A DNA stretch of 63,904 bases, counting the filler, from Parasitella parasitica NRRL 2501 (lineage: Eukaryota > Fungi > Mucoromycota), in the NCBI GenBank assembly GCA_025201805.1. It is 8 parts of 8 records of this genome, joined end to end, with 100 filler letters (N's around TTAATTAATTAA, not from the genome) between each part and the next. Parts side by side here need not be neighbours in the genome. Positions count along the whole stretch, not along the records: positions 1 to 26,265 come from MU619304.1; positions 26,366 to 27,894 come from MU619625.1; positions 27,995 to 44,570 come from MU619284.1; 5 more parts are not named here. One strand, 5' to 3'. This document shows positions 24,279-36,488 of this stretch, piece by piece. The position numbers and the translations under genes were made by a program. Within the stretch, counting starts at the first letter, position 1. The number at the start of each line of letters is the position of its first letter. Under the pieces are notes generated by a model. That model saw nothing but the letters and a program-made list of their open reading frames with translations, searched no databases and was not told the origin of the DNA.

Positions 24279-25385
24279 TTAATATCTACCGCGACCTCCA
24301 CGACCGCCATGGAAATCACCACGACCACCACGACCACCACGACCGCCACGACCGCCACGGAAGTCACCACGACCACCACGGAAATCACCACGGCCACCAC
24401 GACCGCCACGGCCACCGCGTCCACCACGACCGCCAACACGCTCACGGTCATCGGCACCAGAGAAATCAGTGCGAAGAGGACGGCCATTGATTTCAACGCC
24501 ATTCATGCCTTTGACAGCAGCTTCAGCCTGCTCAGGACTCTCAAATTCGAGGTAGCCGATTCCTCTAAGAGAACCATCTTCTCTATTGAAAGGGAGTCTA
24601 ATCTCACCAACCAAGGTGCCAAACTTACTAAAAGCTTCGCTAAGAGCAGAACGGTGGGAATCTTCGTCATAATCACGGTTGAGGTTAGCAATGAAAACCT
24701 TGGTAGACTTGGGACCATAGTTTTCATCCTTAGATTTGGTGCGGACGGATCCGTCTCCAGCACTATCCATACGAATAGTACGACCCATGAATTCGGTGTT
24801 GCTCAGACCAAGAGCAGCATCATGGGCGGCCTTGGTAGTAAAATCAATATGACAGAAGCCCTTGTTCTTGCCAGTAGCATTGTCTAATCTGATTCTAACA
24901 TCAGAGACCTCACCACATTGACTAAAGAATTCCTTGACATCCGCATCAGTAGCTTCCCAACTAATACCACCACACCAGACAGTAAAAGTTCCTTCTGAAT
25001 CGGTCTTGGCTACCTTGGCAGGAGAAGCCTCTTGATCTTCTTCGGCATCAGCTTTTCTCTTCTTGCCGCTGGTTTCTTTCTCTTCATCCTTGTCCTCCTC
25101 TTCATCAGAGGATGAATCAGAAGATGATGAGCTGTCAGAGCTGTCAGACTTGTCAGATGCAGATGAATCTTCCTTCTTTTCTTTTTCTATGATCTTGACT
25201 TCCTTCTTTTCGACAACTTCTTCCTCGTCAGAAGAGGAATCAGATGAAGATTCAGATGAAGATTCGGAGGAGCTGCTTTCAGAGCTTGAACTGGAGCTAG
25301 AGGACTCTACCTTTTGGGCCTTCTTGGAAACCTTGGTCTTCTTGTCTGTCTTGGTTGTCTTTTTGGTAATTTTGGAAGCACCCAT
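24279..25385 (-). CDS. NSR1: Nucleolin-like protein (Nsr1/Gar2)
   Basis: Ser/acidic N-terminus, two RRMs (KGFCHIDF, RGIGYLEF) and an RGG tail. Confidence 0.9.
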   Translation of the reverse strand: MGASKITKKTTKTDKKTKVSKKAQKVESSSSSSSSESSSSESSSESSSDSSSDEEEVVEKKEVKIIEKEKKEDSSASDKSDSSDSSSSSDSSSDEEEDKDEEKETSGKKRKADAEEDQEASPAKVAKTDSEGTFTVWCGGISWEATDADVKEFFSQCGEVSDVRIRLDNATGKNKGFCHIDFTTKAAHDAALGLSNTEFMGRTIRMDSAGDGSVRTKSKDENYGPKSTKVFIANLNRDYDEDSHRSALSEAFSKFGTLVGEIRLPFNREDGSLRGIGYLEFESPEQAEAAVKGMNGVEINGRPLRTDFSGADDRERVGGRGGRGGRGGRGGRGDFRGGRGDFRGGRGGRGGRGGRGDFHGGRGGRGRY

Positions 25386-26365
25386 CTTGATTATAAAAAG
25401 TAATATTTATGAAGAAAGAATCTTTTTTCTATTATGAAAATTTTGATCTCTTTTCAATCAAAATTGCAAAGAATCTGTGACATTGCAAAAAAAAAAAAAA
25501 AAAAAAAGCATATTAGTTTAACACGAAAAGCAGCCATTGTATTTAAGCTTTTTGGTTCATGCAAGCCACACCTTAACTTTATGATTGCCATACATGCCCA
25601 ATGAGAACTTTTTACATCGTTGTTATGGTTACATCAAAACGGGGGCTATTGCTTTGATCTTACTGTAACCACGACGGCATTTTTGATATCTCAAATTTTT
25701 AGACATACTTTTTTTTCTTTTTTCATTTTGTTTTTCTTCCTCCACTTAAAGCCCGAGGATATCAATCAATTTTCAATATGAAATGCTAGCAAATTTTTGA
25801 CATGAATGAGAAAAATTTGGTTGTTTCAAATAATATAAGATATAAACTCAAATAACTTGTCTCCGTTGCCTTTGAGACTCCTTGGCATCCATATTTTTCA
25901 AATCGGAGATGGGGTTCAATATCGACTGTTAGAAAATTGTACTTACTATCATATGCAGAGATCAATAAGGTGGTAGTCTTGTCTATGCTTTTCCACCATG
26001 GATAATTTTAGTATTGATTGATAAATGTTGTAAAAGGAGAGCTAATATTGCTATTCTATCTTACTCTCTCCACATATTCCCATTGATAGCAATTTGGATG
26101 ATACTGTTGTATCAACCTAAAAGAGTAACATTATAACCCAGTCGGCTTAAGTTTTCCACTCCTTTCATTCATCCTCTATAAATCAAATCTCATGGTAGGA
26201 TTGCATAAAAATCTTATTTTTACGACTAACACAGCTTGAACCGGACCTTTAATTTTCCCCGTTTTNNNNNNNNNNNNNNNNNNNNNNNNNNNNNNNNNNN
26301 NNNNNNNNNTTAATTAATTAANNNNNNNNNNNNNNNNNNNNNNNNNNNNNNNNNNNNNNNNNNNN

Positions 26366-27894
26366 CTTTCCAATGCACTTTATACAAGAAGTTACCAGGT
26401 GTTCCCTTGTGATCAATCACTGCTTGAATTTCAAATCTTTCATTGCAAAATTCATCAACAGACACAGGCTTTTGATTAGCAGCAGCCTTATACACAATAT
26501 GATGAGTTGGAACATCTCTACTAAGCAACGCACCAGTTCTATCCATCAAGACATAAGAACCATTAGCGGTAACATTATGAATCCGATAAGGACCTTCACA
26601 ACGTTCATCCAATTTATTTTGACGATCAACATTCTTGATCATAACCTGACTACCAATTGGATACGGTGCATCAAGTACTTTATGCTTCTTAGCAAAGTAC
26701 TTATGATCTTCGCTTTGCGTTTCTAAAATCCTTTTAGACAACGCAGGGATCAACACATCATGAACAAATTTATAACGTTCATTGATCAATTTGGTGTCAG
26801 CTTCTTCAAGACTCAGCGTTGGCTCCAGATCTGAATAATCTTCCAACATATTAGGTTGTCTATTAAATACCATAGCAAACGGACGAGATTTGTGCAATCT
26901 AGCATACTTGATATTTATACAAAAGTTGACCCAAGGAATATAACTTTCCCATTGATCACGTTTTCCTTTTAGCAACTTGATAGTTATCCCCTTCACAAGT
27001 TTCACATACGATTCAGCTACACTGTTGCCAAGAGGATTATAAGCAAGGCTCAAAAAGCGGCTTATTCCACTAATCTCCAACATTTCAGTAACAACATTTC
27101 CAAGAAACTCGGTAGTACCACGATCCATGGACAATGCTTTAGGAAAACCAAACAAAGCAAACACTTGCAATAGTTCTTTAGCGACACTAGAAGCACGTTT
27201 ATCAGGCAGCAAACATCTTTGTGCAACTGATTTTCCACATGTTTGACGCCATAGTGTCCCAACAAATGAGCACGAATAATCAGAGTGTCTCTTTGATCAG
27301 CAGGAGGAGTCATATACTCAGCAAACTTGAGTGCACGAAGAACTAATTCGTCCCGAAGAGTTTCCTTACTCTTTTTCGAATTCGACAGCACTCCATTGTT
27401 TGGCACTCTTTGACCATTTGCATGTGATATTCCCATGAATTTCACAGAGTTTTTCTTTATGCCACCCTCTTTTACAGAAAGGATATCTTTAGCTTTTCTT
27501 TTGTTCACATACATATTCTTTGTATTTTTTGCCTTTTTTCCACCATTAGCATAACTGCCCCCAACAAGATGATGAGCTTCAGCATTATCATCTTCATACA
27601 GTCGAGACAAAGCATCAGAAATACAGTTTAAAATACCAGGAATATGCACAACATCAAAGTCATACGCGAAAATCAATTCGTACCAGTTCAACATCATACT
27701 GTTAGGCGTGTCCTGAACATTAAGATAAATCAACGACTTATGGTCAACATGCAAGGTAAAACGACGCATATACAACCATCGATGAAACTTCTTAAAAGTG
27801 TACACAATAGCTAACAATTCTCGTTTAGTGGTAGAATAGTTACGTTCAGCTACAGATAACTTGCGCGACACCATACCAAGATAACGAATTTCGT
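26366..27894 (-). mobile_element. Ty3/gypsy pol fragment: RNase H, integrase (internally deleted), start of chromodomain
   Basis: AERNYSTTKRELLAIV, DHKSL, HLLGHYG, GPY motif, EIQAVIDH...YKVHWK. Bounded by gaps. Confidence 0.92.
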
Positions 27895-28099
27895 NNNNNN
27901 NNNNNNNNNNNNNNNNNNNNNNNNNNNNNNNNNNNNNNTTAATTAATTAANNNNNNNNNNNNNNNNNNNNNNNNNNNNNNNNNNNNNNNNNNNNATTTAA
28001 CCTTAGATCCGATTAGGAACGGTTGCCATGACAACTGAGTTGAAATAGTGGTAACCATGGTATTCTATGGATACAACACCTATCTCGTTAACACTTGGT

Positions 28100-29900
28100 T
28101 TCATTATCTTTTTTGATCCAACAACAATATTCCTACCCACCGTGAAAAATGGTCCCCAAGGTACTGCAACACATTAATGCACAGAAACTGAAGAAGGTTA
28201 TTCTGATGACTCCAGAGTGGACAACGCAATTTTGGTTCCCGATGCTCCTCAGGATGCGACAGTTGGACACCCCAATCTCTTACAAATACCACAAGATGCG
28301 ATTAACCGCGTGGTTATTATCAGGGAAGCTAGACAAAAGAAAGGTCTAACAATGGAAGTAAGCATGTTGTATTTGAAGGGAGACATAAGAGAAGAAGGAA
28401 CCGCAAGAGTCTATGATAATGGTTGGAAGAAGTGGACAACCTGGAGCTTAGAACATAACATTGATTACTGCGTATATGATAGTGAAAATATAGTTCGTTT
28501 CCTCATTGCTCACAAGCATTACAGCCCACAACATCTTAATACCATCAGATCTGCCATCAGCTTGGTTTTTAAACATATGCATTCAGAGAAGCCAAACATT
28601 GCTACTACAACAAGAACTCAAGACTTTTTTGCAGCAAGAAGGCGAAAACAGATCCAAATTCCAAGTTTACACCAACTGGAGACATGGGATACCAACATCC
28701 TTGTAAAGTTCATCAAGACAAAATGATACAACACAGAGAGCTTATCTACTGAAATCTTACAGTGGAAGACGATGGCTTTACTCTGTTTAGCTACAATGGC
28801 AGAACCACGATTGGACATGGGATGCTTTGCAAAGACGATATATGATTTTTTGATTGAGCACTGATGAAGTGGTTCGAGTGCCGTTTTACATTTCAGACGG
28901 GCAAAAGAAACCTAAGTTAAATCAATTACCATTGGAATATATTGAATGATGTCAACATTGTTTAGAATAACAAAATATAGCCAGAAAAATACAATTAGAA
29001 CTGAATATATTTATTTTGCTATAATTCCAAGATTGAATGCCGATTTAAACTAGTGTATGTTTTGAAGGTATTTATAGTTATTTGACAGTGCCGCAGCAAT
29101 AGGACCATGATCTAGGATGAGGGATAATTGGGTACACCTTGAACCAATCCCTAGGAGCTTGGTGGATAAGAGTTTCCGAGTTACCAGTAAGACAAGAGCA
29201 TAGATACGTATAAAGGATAGAATGTTGTTCCTGGTAGCTTTGATGGAAGAACATTCATCAGGATTAAACACCGACCTCAGGAACCAAATGTCATAGGATA
29301 TTACCACTTTTTACTGGGATAAAGATTCGCCATTCAATGTTACCACTTATGTCTCTTTGCCATGTCTAAATAAAGTCATTCCATTCTACTACGCATTTCT
29401 ACTCATGCTCGCTTTATGATGTATTATACAGAGTATAATACATTACCGCTAAGATTTGATCTGTATCCTAAACAAACATCTGCCCTGCCAATACTTTGCT
29501 GAAATTTGTGGAAAGATCGTCGCCGTTGAGAGAACAGTTGGATGAAGACCATACATTGTTCTTAAGATATATAAATATAATACTACCAAGGTATCTTCAA
29601 TTCGACCATCCACATTATCCAACTGGCTCATGGAAGTAATGCAACAAGCGGGCGTGGACAAAGCGTACAAAGCACACTCTATCCGGGCAGCCGCAAGCAC
29701 AAAGGCGGTCGAAAGGGGACACAAGATCAACTCCGTCAAAAAAAAACATTTCTTTTCATTACAAACCGACTGCCGCAAGTTCTACAAGTACACAAATCAC
29801 CAATTCAATTTTTACAACTGAGAGCCGTATCACATTAGGAGCTGAAGCAGAGGAAACTGAGATTGTTGTAGGTACGACCAACAATCAAGATGTTTCCGAA
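28100..29900 (+). mobile_element. Degenerate DIRS-like tyrosine-recombinase retrotransposon
   Basis: VILMTPEWTTQFWFPML, TARVYDNGWKKW and YKAHSIRAAASTKAVERG. Contains stops and is split by a solo LTR. Confidence 0.8.
28959..29474. mobile_element. Solo LTR (516 bp) with AACAT target-site duplication
   Basis: TGTTTAGAATA...TATCCTAAACA termini, AACAT at 28954-28958 and 29475-29479, second copy at 60809-61065. Confidence 0.9.
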
Positions 29901-30117
29901 ACGGAAGCAAATAATGTGATAAATGCCCACCCCTGGTACAATATCCCTCCCATAAAAAAATTGAATTACTTGTGTATGCTAGCCTTGAAAGATATAGGAA
30001 AAAAAGAGATTTATTTGTTTATAATTATATTTATATTAAAAATAAAGTGTGGCTCTTGAGAGCATTTATCATATTATTTGCTTTTATTACGCCAAATGTG
30101 CCAAAACTATAATGTTA

Positions 30118-31062
30118 TTACAATGGTTCGCGATTTAAGCATATAGCAAACTTGTTGTCAAAATATCTAGCAAAGCCCCCAAAATCACTGTAAAGAACTT
30201 GATTGATTGCATCAGAGATTCTTGCGGTCAGGTCCTCCTCAGCAAGAAGCCTTATTCGTTTCAGCTTGCTTTTCACCACTGACCAGAACTGCTCAATTGT
30301 ATTCAGTTCTGGAGAATATGGCGGGAGGTATACGCAGCCATATCCTCTGCTCTCGACGTACTTTCTTATATCCTCGTTGGTGTGGATAATCATCCATCAC
30401 CAAATAAGGGCCCTCGAATTGCGGATGCTTGTCGAGAATATCGATAGTCTTTGCAATAAAGTTGAAGCTGATGGCGTACTTTTCGGTTGCAAAATTGTAC
30501 AAAGCCGTTATGGAGACTTTAAGATCCTCGAATTGTTCTGTCAAGTTGCTCATCATTTCGTCTAGGGCTATCGAAGCATGTTCATTGATTAAGTTGACTA
30601 AGAACTTTTGTTGTTCGTCATTAAATTTGGATGGCTGTCCAGGCCTTCCGCTACCTGCCCTTCTCACAATCTCTCCTTGAGGAACCTCTTGATCTTTTTT
30701 GACCCAATTTTGAGCAGTGCGTGGATTAATACGAAGCTCCAAAGCCGCAGCGCGAAACTCTCTTGCCTTTCTCAAACACTAAATAAAAGAGCGTCTCCTT
30801 CTCAGAGGGCTTGTAGCTCCTATAAATTCGAATGGTTATCGTTACTATATCCTTATCATCTGTGCCTTCATCGACTTTTTTTGTTGACATAATTTACATC
30901 TCTCCCAGGAGGTTTGAGTTGGGTATATTCATCAAAATTCGTGACATTTTGAAGAGGATACGCCTCATCATCGACTTCCATTTGAATTACAGAGATTTTG
31001 TTTCCTCGATCATCAAAAGTTCCTCCCATTCCATCCTCATGTACACAACCACTCTGCATTGT
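30118..31062 (-). pseudogene. Tc1/IS630-family transposase pseudogene (frameshifts, internal deletion)
   Basis: INPRTAQNWVK HTH, YLVMD, YLPPYSPELNTIEQFW. The DExGF motif is missing. TGACCAAAT repeats at 31141-31195. Confidence 0.88.
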
Positions 31063-34021
31063 TGATAGTGTTTTATGTGAAGGAATGGAGAAGTGCGCCA
31101 AATTTTTATATGATTAGGCGTCAAGCTTTTCCAATATTACTGACCAAATTTTGTATTTACATTTGACCAAATCTACTTCACAATGCTAACCAAATTTTTT
31201 TTATCCATATTTTCACATTGTTGAGTACCGCTTCTGATGGTCCGCAAGTCCATCTTTACGTGCAACAAATAAAACTCATTTAAAAAAAAAAAAAAAAATC
31301 ATATCCAGGCACGGTTCAAAGTACTAAAAGAATTATAGTGGCAGAGATTGCGTTTCACCCAAGCAAATGTATGCGAAGGCGCAAAAAAAAAAAAAAAAAA
31401 AAATCAGGATGTTATTTCATTAAATTCACCTGGTGAATTCCATATCAGCCTCTAAAGACATCAGTTTTCAATTAGGCTTGCCTTCGCAATGTCTGTAAAG
31501 AAGGCTCATGGACAAACTTTGCAAAAGGTGGGTTTATACCTTCCAAAGCCTGTATTTTCTCAAGGCCAAACGAATTTCATGCAATTGCACGAGAAATGTC
31601 GTCTTTACTGAAGTCTTTCTTGAACGGCAGTACGATTACAATTACACACTATCTCCTCTTATACCGTAAAAATGCCATAAGTTTTCATTTATTTCGGAGA
31701 CTAGCAGCCTCGTAGATCGAGATGAACCCCACCTTAGCGTAGCGAAAGTGCAAAAAAACCACCAGAGTGGGCTGGGTGACCAGCTCGTTTTGAATAAAAA
31801 AAGTGTAATTCTTTGGCAATTAACTCTTGACATAACATGTTGGTTTTTTAACCAGAGTTCGGTGATCGTTGAGAGCCCATACATTTTAATATATTATATG
31901 ATTGAGTGTATCAACTTTAGCTTTGTCTACAAAAAAATAAGTAACCTGTCTATTTCTAGTGTCAATCACCGTCAACAAAGCTTAGACTGACAAGATGGCC
32001 AGTGGCTCCAAGTCAAAACTCAAAACGAAAATATGGTGCCTGAATTAACTACTAGACCGAGACTGACAGGAAGGCCAGCTGGCCCGTTCACCTACGACGT
32101 TGGCACATCTATCGATTGACCGGTTTACCGTGTAAATTAAAAAAAAAAACTCAATCTCTTATTTTACAAAGGTGAAGCTTAGAGAAAAGAGAAAAAAAAA
32201 TTCGTTCAATTTTCTATCCGTTGAATGTATAAATAGCCAAATTTGTCCATAATCTCGTCGGAACCAGTGGTATTTACGCATATCGAGGTGTGATCTTGAT
32301 AAAAAAAAAATGCATTCAAGTATCAGATGAAAAACGTTAGTTTTGTGTCAAGAATGTTTTGAAACAAAATAACACAGTTTATAGACGGGATATGTTTCTG
32401 CTCAGGCTCTCTTTTGCCATTATACAATCGTCACTCCAATCCTCTGTGCTAATCTTTGGTATTGTTCTCTGGCAATTTTTCTCTGTCTCCAAATAAACAC
32501 TGCAACTGATATCACTGCAACTGAAGCGTTCAAGCCCTGTTATGACAAAGGAATGGATTTAAAATGATAATCAGAATGATTTAGAAATACTTACTTCAAA
32601 TTTTATAAATCTTGCCCTTTCGACGCTCCTCACTCGAGGACAAGCTCGGAATGATGGCAGCGAGATAGCGTCGTCTTCATAAAAAGCCGTCTGATTCTTT
32701 TTGTCTGCCAATTCTGGGTCATCCCATTCGCAACGAACAGGTTCTTTACTACCAAACTCGACGCAATATGGTTGTGTTTTCTGCGCAACGAAAATGATTA
32801 GTTGATACTTTTATGTATAAGGCAATGCTACCTTTTCTAACGGATCGCATAATTGACATTCTCCAATTGAATAGCAAGAATAGGTTGATTTATCGACAGT
32901 TTCATGAGAATGAGTATAATCTCCCAAATGACGAGAGCCTGAATTTGCATCTTGAGCAACACCAAATGGAGGGGTTCTTCGAATATGGGTTTCAGCAGCT
33001 GTGATTGCAAAAATGTAAAAGCTGATATCAAATGTTGGTATGTTTACTGGTGCATAAAATCTTGCTTTACCTTAGTAGCGAAATGTATCTCATTACAAAT
33101 AATTATCAATTACAGCAAATTAATGCAACATCTAATCATCTGAAAGCTTTAGTCGCTAAAATTCAACATCTGTGAGTAGATTGTGGATTTATTGCATATC
33201 GTAAAAAAAAAAAAAAAAGGTAAGAGCATTGCTTAATAGAGGGCAAACTGAGTTCTTATGTGACCTTTTTCAAACTACATTGACCCCTCCCACAACAAGT
33301 TTACTTGCTTCTTGTTTAGACTTAATCCGTCAGAAATGCAAAAAAAGTCGTTGTGGGGCTCCTACAAAGCGCTACCACCGAAAACGAGAATTACATTGGG
33401 CCTCGGTACAACGTGGAATAATCTCAAAATGTGAATCTGTCTAATATGGTATAATAGGTGGAATGCTGTTTGCTACAGCAGGCATGTATTTAGCAGATTT
33501 AATCGAGGAACAAAAGCCAGCATCAGAGCTCGAGAAGCAGCAACTAGAAATCATGTCTCCTATCGTTATTGTAGACCATCAATCCAAGAAAAAATGATAA
33601 TACCGCAATGTAAACCACTAAATTACCAATAAAAGATTATTCTTAGAGAACACTGTCGAATTCTGAATAATTCACATGTCAAACTTTGTTTGCTGCTACA
33701 GTATTTCCATTGGCATGCCAGAAAAAATCAGTTCCACCCAGACATAGCGTGATCAAACATACACAAGTCCATCCTAATCTACTGAAAATACAAAGCCAAG
33801 TAAATCTAGTTAAGCTGGTCAATATGTATTAACGCACAAGACATTCGAGCGTATCGCATCTCTTTTGCACTGCTCAGGGTCAATGTGTTTCAACCTCGTT
33901 TCTTGCAAAAGATATTTGTTTGATGAACGAATTAAAAGTATTTATTAGTAATAGTCAAAAGAGTATTAATTAGATTATTAGAAGCAGTAGTAAAAGATCA
34001 AGTAGATATAAGTTGGGTTAT

Positions 34022-34549
34022 TTAAAAGAAACCTTGCTTGTAAGCAAGACCGCCAATAGCCAAACCAAGAGCGTAGATGATAATGGCATAGAGGCCACGA
34101 GCATAACGGTTATCGATGATTAGTTCAAGGACAAACCAGACGACGGCAACAGCAACAATGAACCAAGTGATAATCATAACAGCACGAGTAGAAGCACGGG
34201 CAAATGTATTCATGGAAAGTAAACAGACAAGAGAGAAGAGAGCGTCCTTGACAACTTGGTAGCCTCTTTCCAAGCGAGGAGCAAATGTACCTTGCATAAC
34301 AGGAGCCTTCAAATAGAACTTGCTCTTGTGAGTCGCTTCAGCTGCAGCCGTATCCGTTGCAGTAGCAACTTCTGGTTCAGTCGTTGTAGAAGAAACAGTT
34401 TGCCCAACAAAGAATGATCTGACTACCCAGATCAAGCCCCAAATGACCCATAATGTCATGAATGCAATCCAAGTAACACGGACATGCCAGTCTTGAACGA
34501 ATGCAGTTTCGGTAGCGTAAACAGAGTCAGTAGCAGCAGAGTCAGACAT
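34022..34549 (-). CDS. Uncharacterised multi-TM membrane protein (paralog A)
   Basis: 175-aa ORF with hydrophobic helices and a close paralog on the opposite strand. Confidence 0.85.
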   Translation of the reverse strand: MSDSAATDSVYATETAFVQDWHVRVTWIAFMTLWVIWGLIWVVRSFFVGQTVSSTTTEPEVATATDTAAAEATHKSKFYLKAPVMQGTFAPRLERGYQVVKDALFSLVCLLSMNTFARASTRAVMIITWFIVAVAVVWFVLELIIDNRYARGLYAIIIYALGLAIGGLAYKQGFF

Positions 34550-35581
34550 ATTCAGAATGTATATTTAGTATATGTATATTTAGTATAGATGTTGATGATA
34601 TTTGGTAGTTTCTGTTAAATGCCTATGAATTCGTGTCGTATTTATATTAAATCGTGTCGCCTTTCTTCGGAACGACAGTTTAATCCCATTGGTTAAACAA
34701 TAACACAAAAAAAATGATTCTTCCACAAGTCATCTGTTATTTGCATAATATTACAAATTCGAGAACATTGTATTATATTAACCTTAAAAGATCTTGTCAC
34801 TTTCTACCTTTGTGAAATACAATCTTTTCAACACGAGGCATTTATCATCGTACACAATCAACATTTTTATGGCATTGCTTTGAATGGAACTTCTGATAAT
34901 TTGATCATGTTTGATGAATAATTTCGTGTCAAATTGTTGACAACGCAAAGTCTCGGCAAATCAATCTAAGCAGTTACAAAGGCCAGGGAATGATATCATT
35001 TGATCAATAAGCATGGGGTATTGCTGATAAATTATCGAAACAAGGAAGAATGATCTGGAAATATTTTTCGTCTGAATTTCCGTAGTAGTGGCAATATAAT
35101 AATTCGCTTATATCATTGTTTGCGACAGATATTCGATAAAACATTTAAAGTTTAACCATGGTACCGTTGTGCTTTCTGAATATAGTTGCATTAAAATTTT
35201 TACCATTATATGGCCATCTATGGAAGTCTGTATCTTTCATTGCAATGGCATTGTATAATTGAATTTTGCTAACTACCTTGATAATTTAATATCAAAGATC
35301 TACATAATCGATTATCAAAGACTGTAATTAAAACCATGCAGAATACATAAAAATCGAGGGGTATTTGATTTACCTTGATTGGTTATGTCTAGGTTTTTTT
35401 TTCGGATGAAAGATGAATCGTTCCCGGCTGTTTAATTCTCCATTTCATGCGTGTACCTGTCAAATGTTTAAATCCAAATTCCGAAGTGGAAAAAAAAAAC
35501 AGATAATATATATATATGCCATCAATTCACTCTGAAAGTTACCCTCAACATCAATTCAATCACTTATTTAATCAGCTAATT

Positions 35582-36109
35582 ATGTCTGCTAATAATACCA
35601 TTGCTGCTGCTACCGGAATCAAAAACTTCATCTACGCCTCTGAAACTGAATTTGTTCAAGACTGGCATGTCCGTGTTACTTGGATTGCATTCATGACATT
35701 ATGGGTCATTTGGGGCTTGATATGGGTAGTCAGGTCATTCTTTGTCTCTTCTAGTACGACTGAATCTGAAGTCACTGCTGCTTCTACCGATCCAGAAGTC
35801 TCTCACAAGAAATCCTATATCAAAGCGCCTACTATCAATGGCTCGTTTGCTCCTCGTTTGGAAAGAGGATACCAAGTCGTAAAGGATGCTCTTTTCTCTC
35901 TTCTTTGTTTACTTTCCATGAATACATTTGCCCGTGCTTCTACTTATGCTGTCATGATTCTTGCCTGGTTTTTTGTTGCATTTGCCGTATTCTGGTTTGG
36001 CGTTGAGCTTGTCGTTGATAACCGCTACGTTCGTGTTCTTTACACTGTCATTTTCTACGCCCTCGGCTTGGCAATTGGCGGTCTTGCATACAAGCAAGGT
36101 TTCTATTAA
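35582..36109 (+). CDS. Uncharacterised multi-TM membrane protein (paralog B)
   Basis: Shares FVQDWHVRVTWIAFMTLWVIWGLIWVVRSFF and other blocks with paralog A. Confidence 0.85.
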   Translation: MSANNTIAAATGIKNFIYASETEFVQDWHVRVTWIAFMTLWVIWGLIWVVRSFFVSSSTTESEVTAASTDPEVSHKKSYIKAPTINGSFAPRLERGYQVVKDALFSLLCLLSMNTFARASTYAVMILAWFFVAFAVFWFGVELVVDNRYVRVLYTVIFYALGLAIGGLAYKQGFY

Positions 36110-36488
36110 ACTGCAAATTATTTAATTTTCTTGATATCACCACTACTACTTTTTCACTTTTTTCAAACTAATTTAATTGCGTTCTTACAAATGACTTGAT
36201 GTAAACTAATAAACTACGATTATGTGTACACATAATAATTTTCTAATTATATCATTTGAATCCTACATACTAGATTAAATTATTTCATTAAAGCAATTGA
36301 TGATATAGTATTTGCCATAGCTTCACCTATATAGAAACGAATTCTGCTTTATAGTATAATATTACGATATGGAATATACTACCAGATTAGAATCTAGAAT
36401 GCACTACATCCATTATCACACAATAACAAAGTAATCGCAGTGTCATAAGGGGAATTGTCAGTTTATTCAGTTTTTTGTGAATATATTA

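Noticed and set aside
24249-24887. Thr-rich 212-aa ORF on the plus strand
   Set aside because: Antisense shadow of the NSR1 RGG/RRM region.
26310-26321. TTAATTAATTAA motif recurring inside N runs
   Set aside because: Artificial contig-joining linker with stops in all six frames. Adjacency across these gaps is unreliable.
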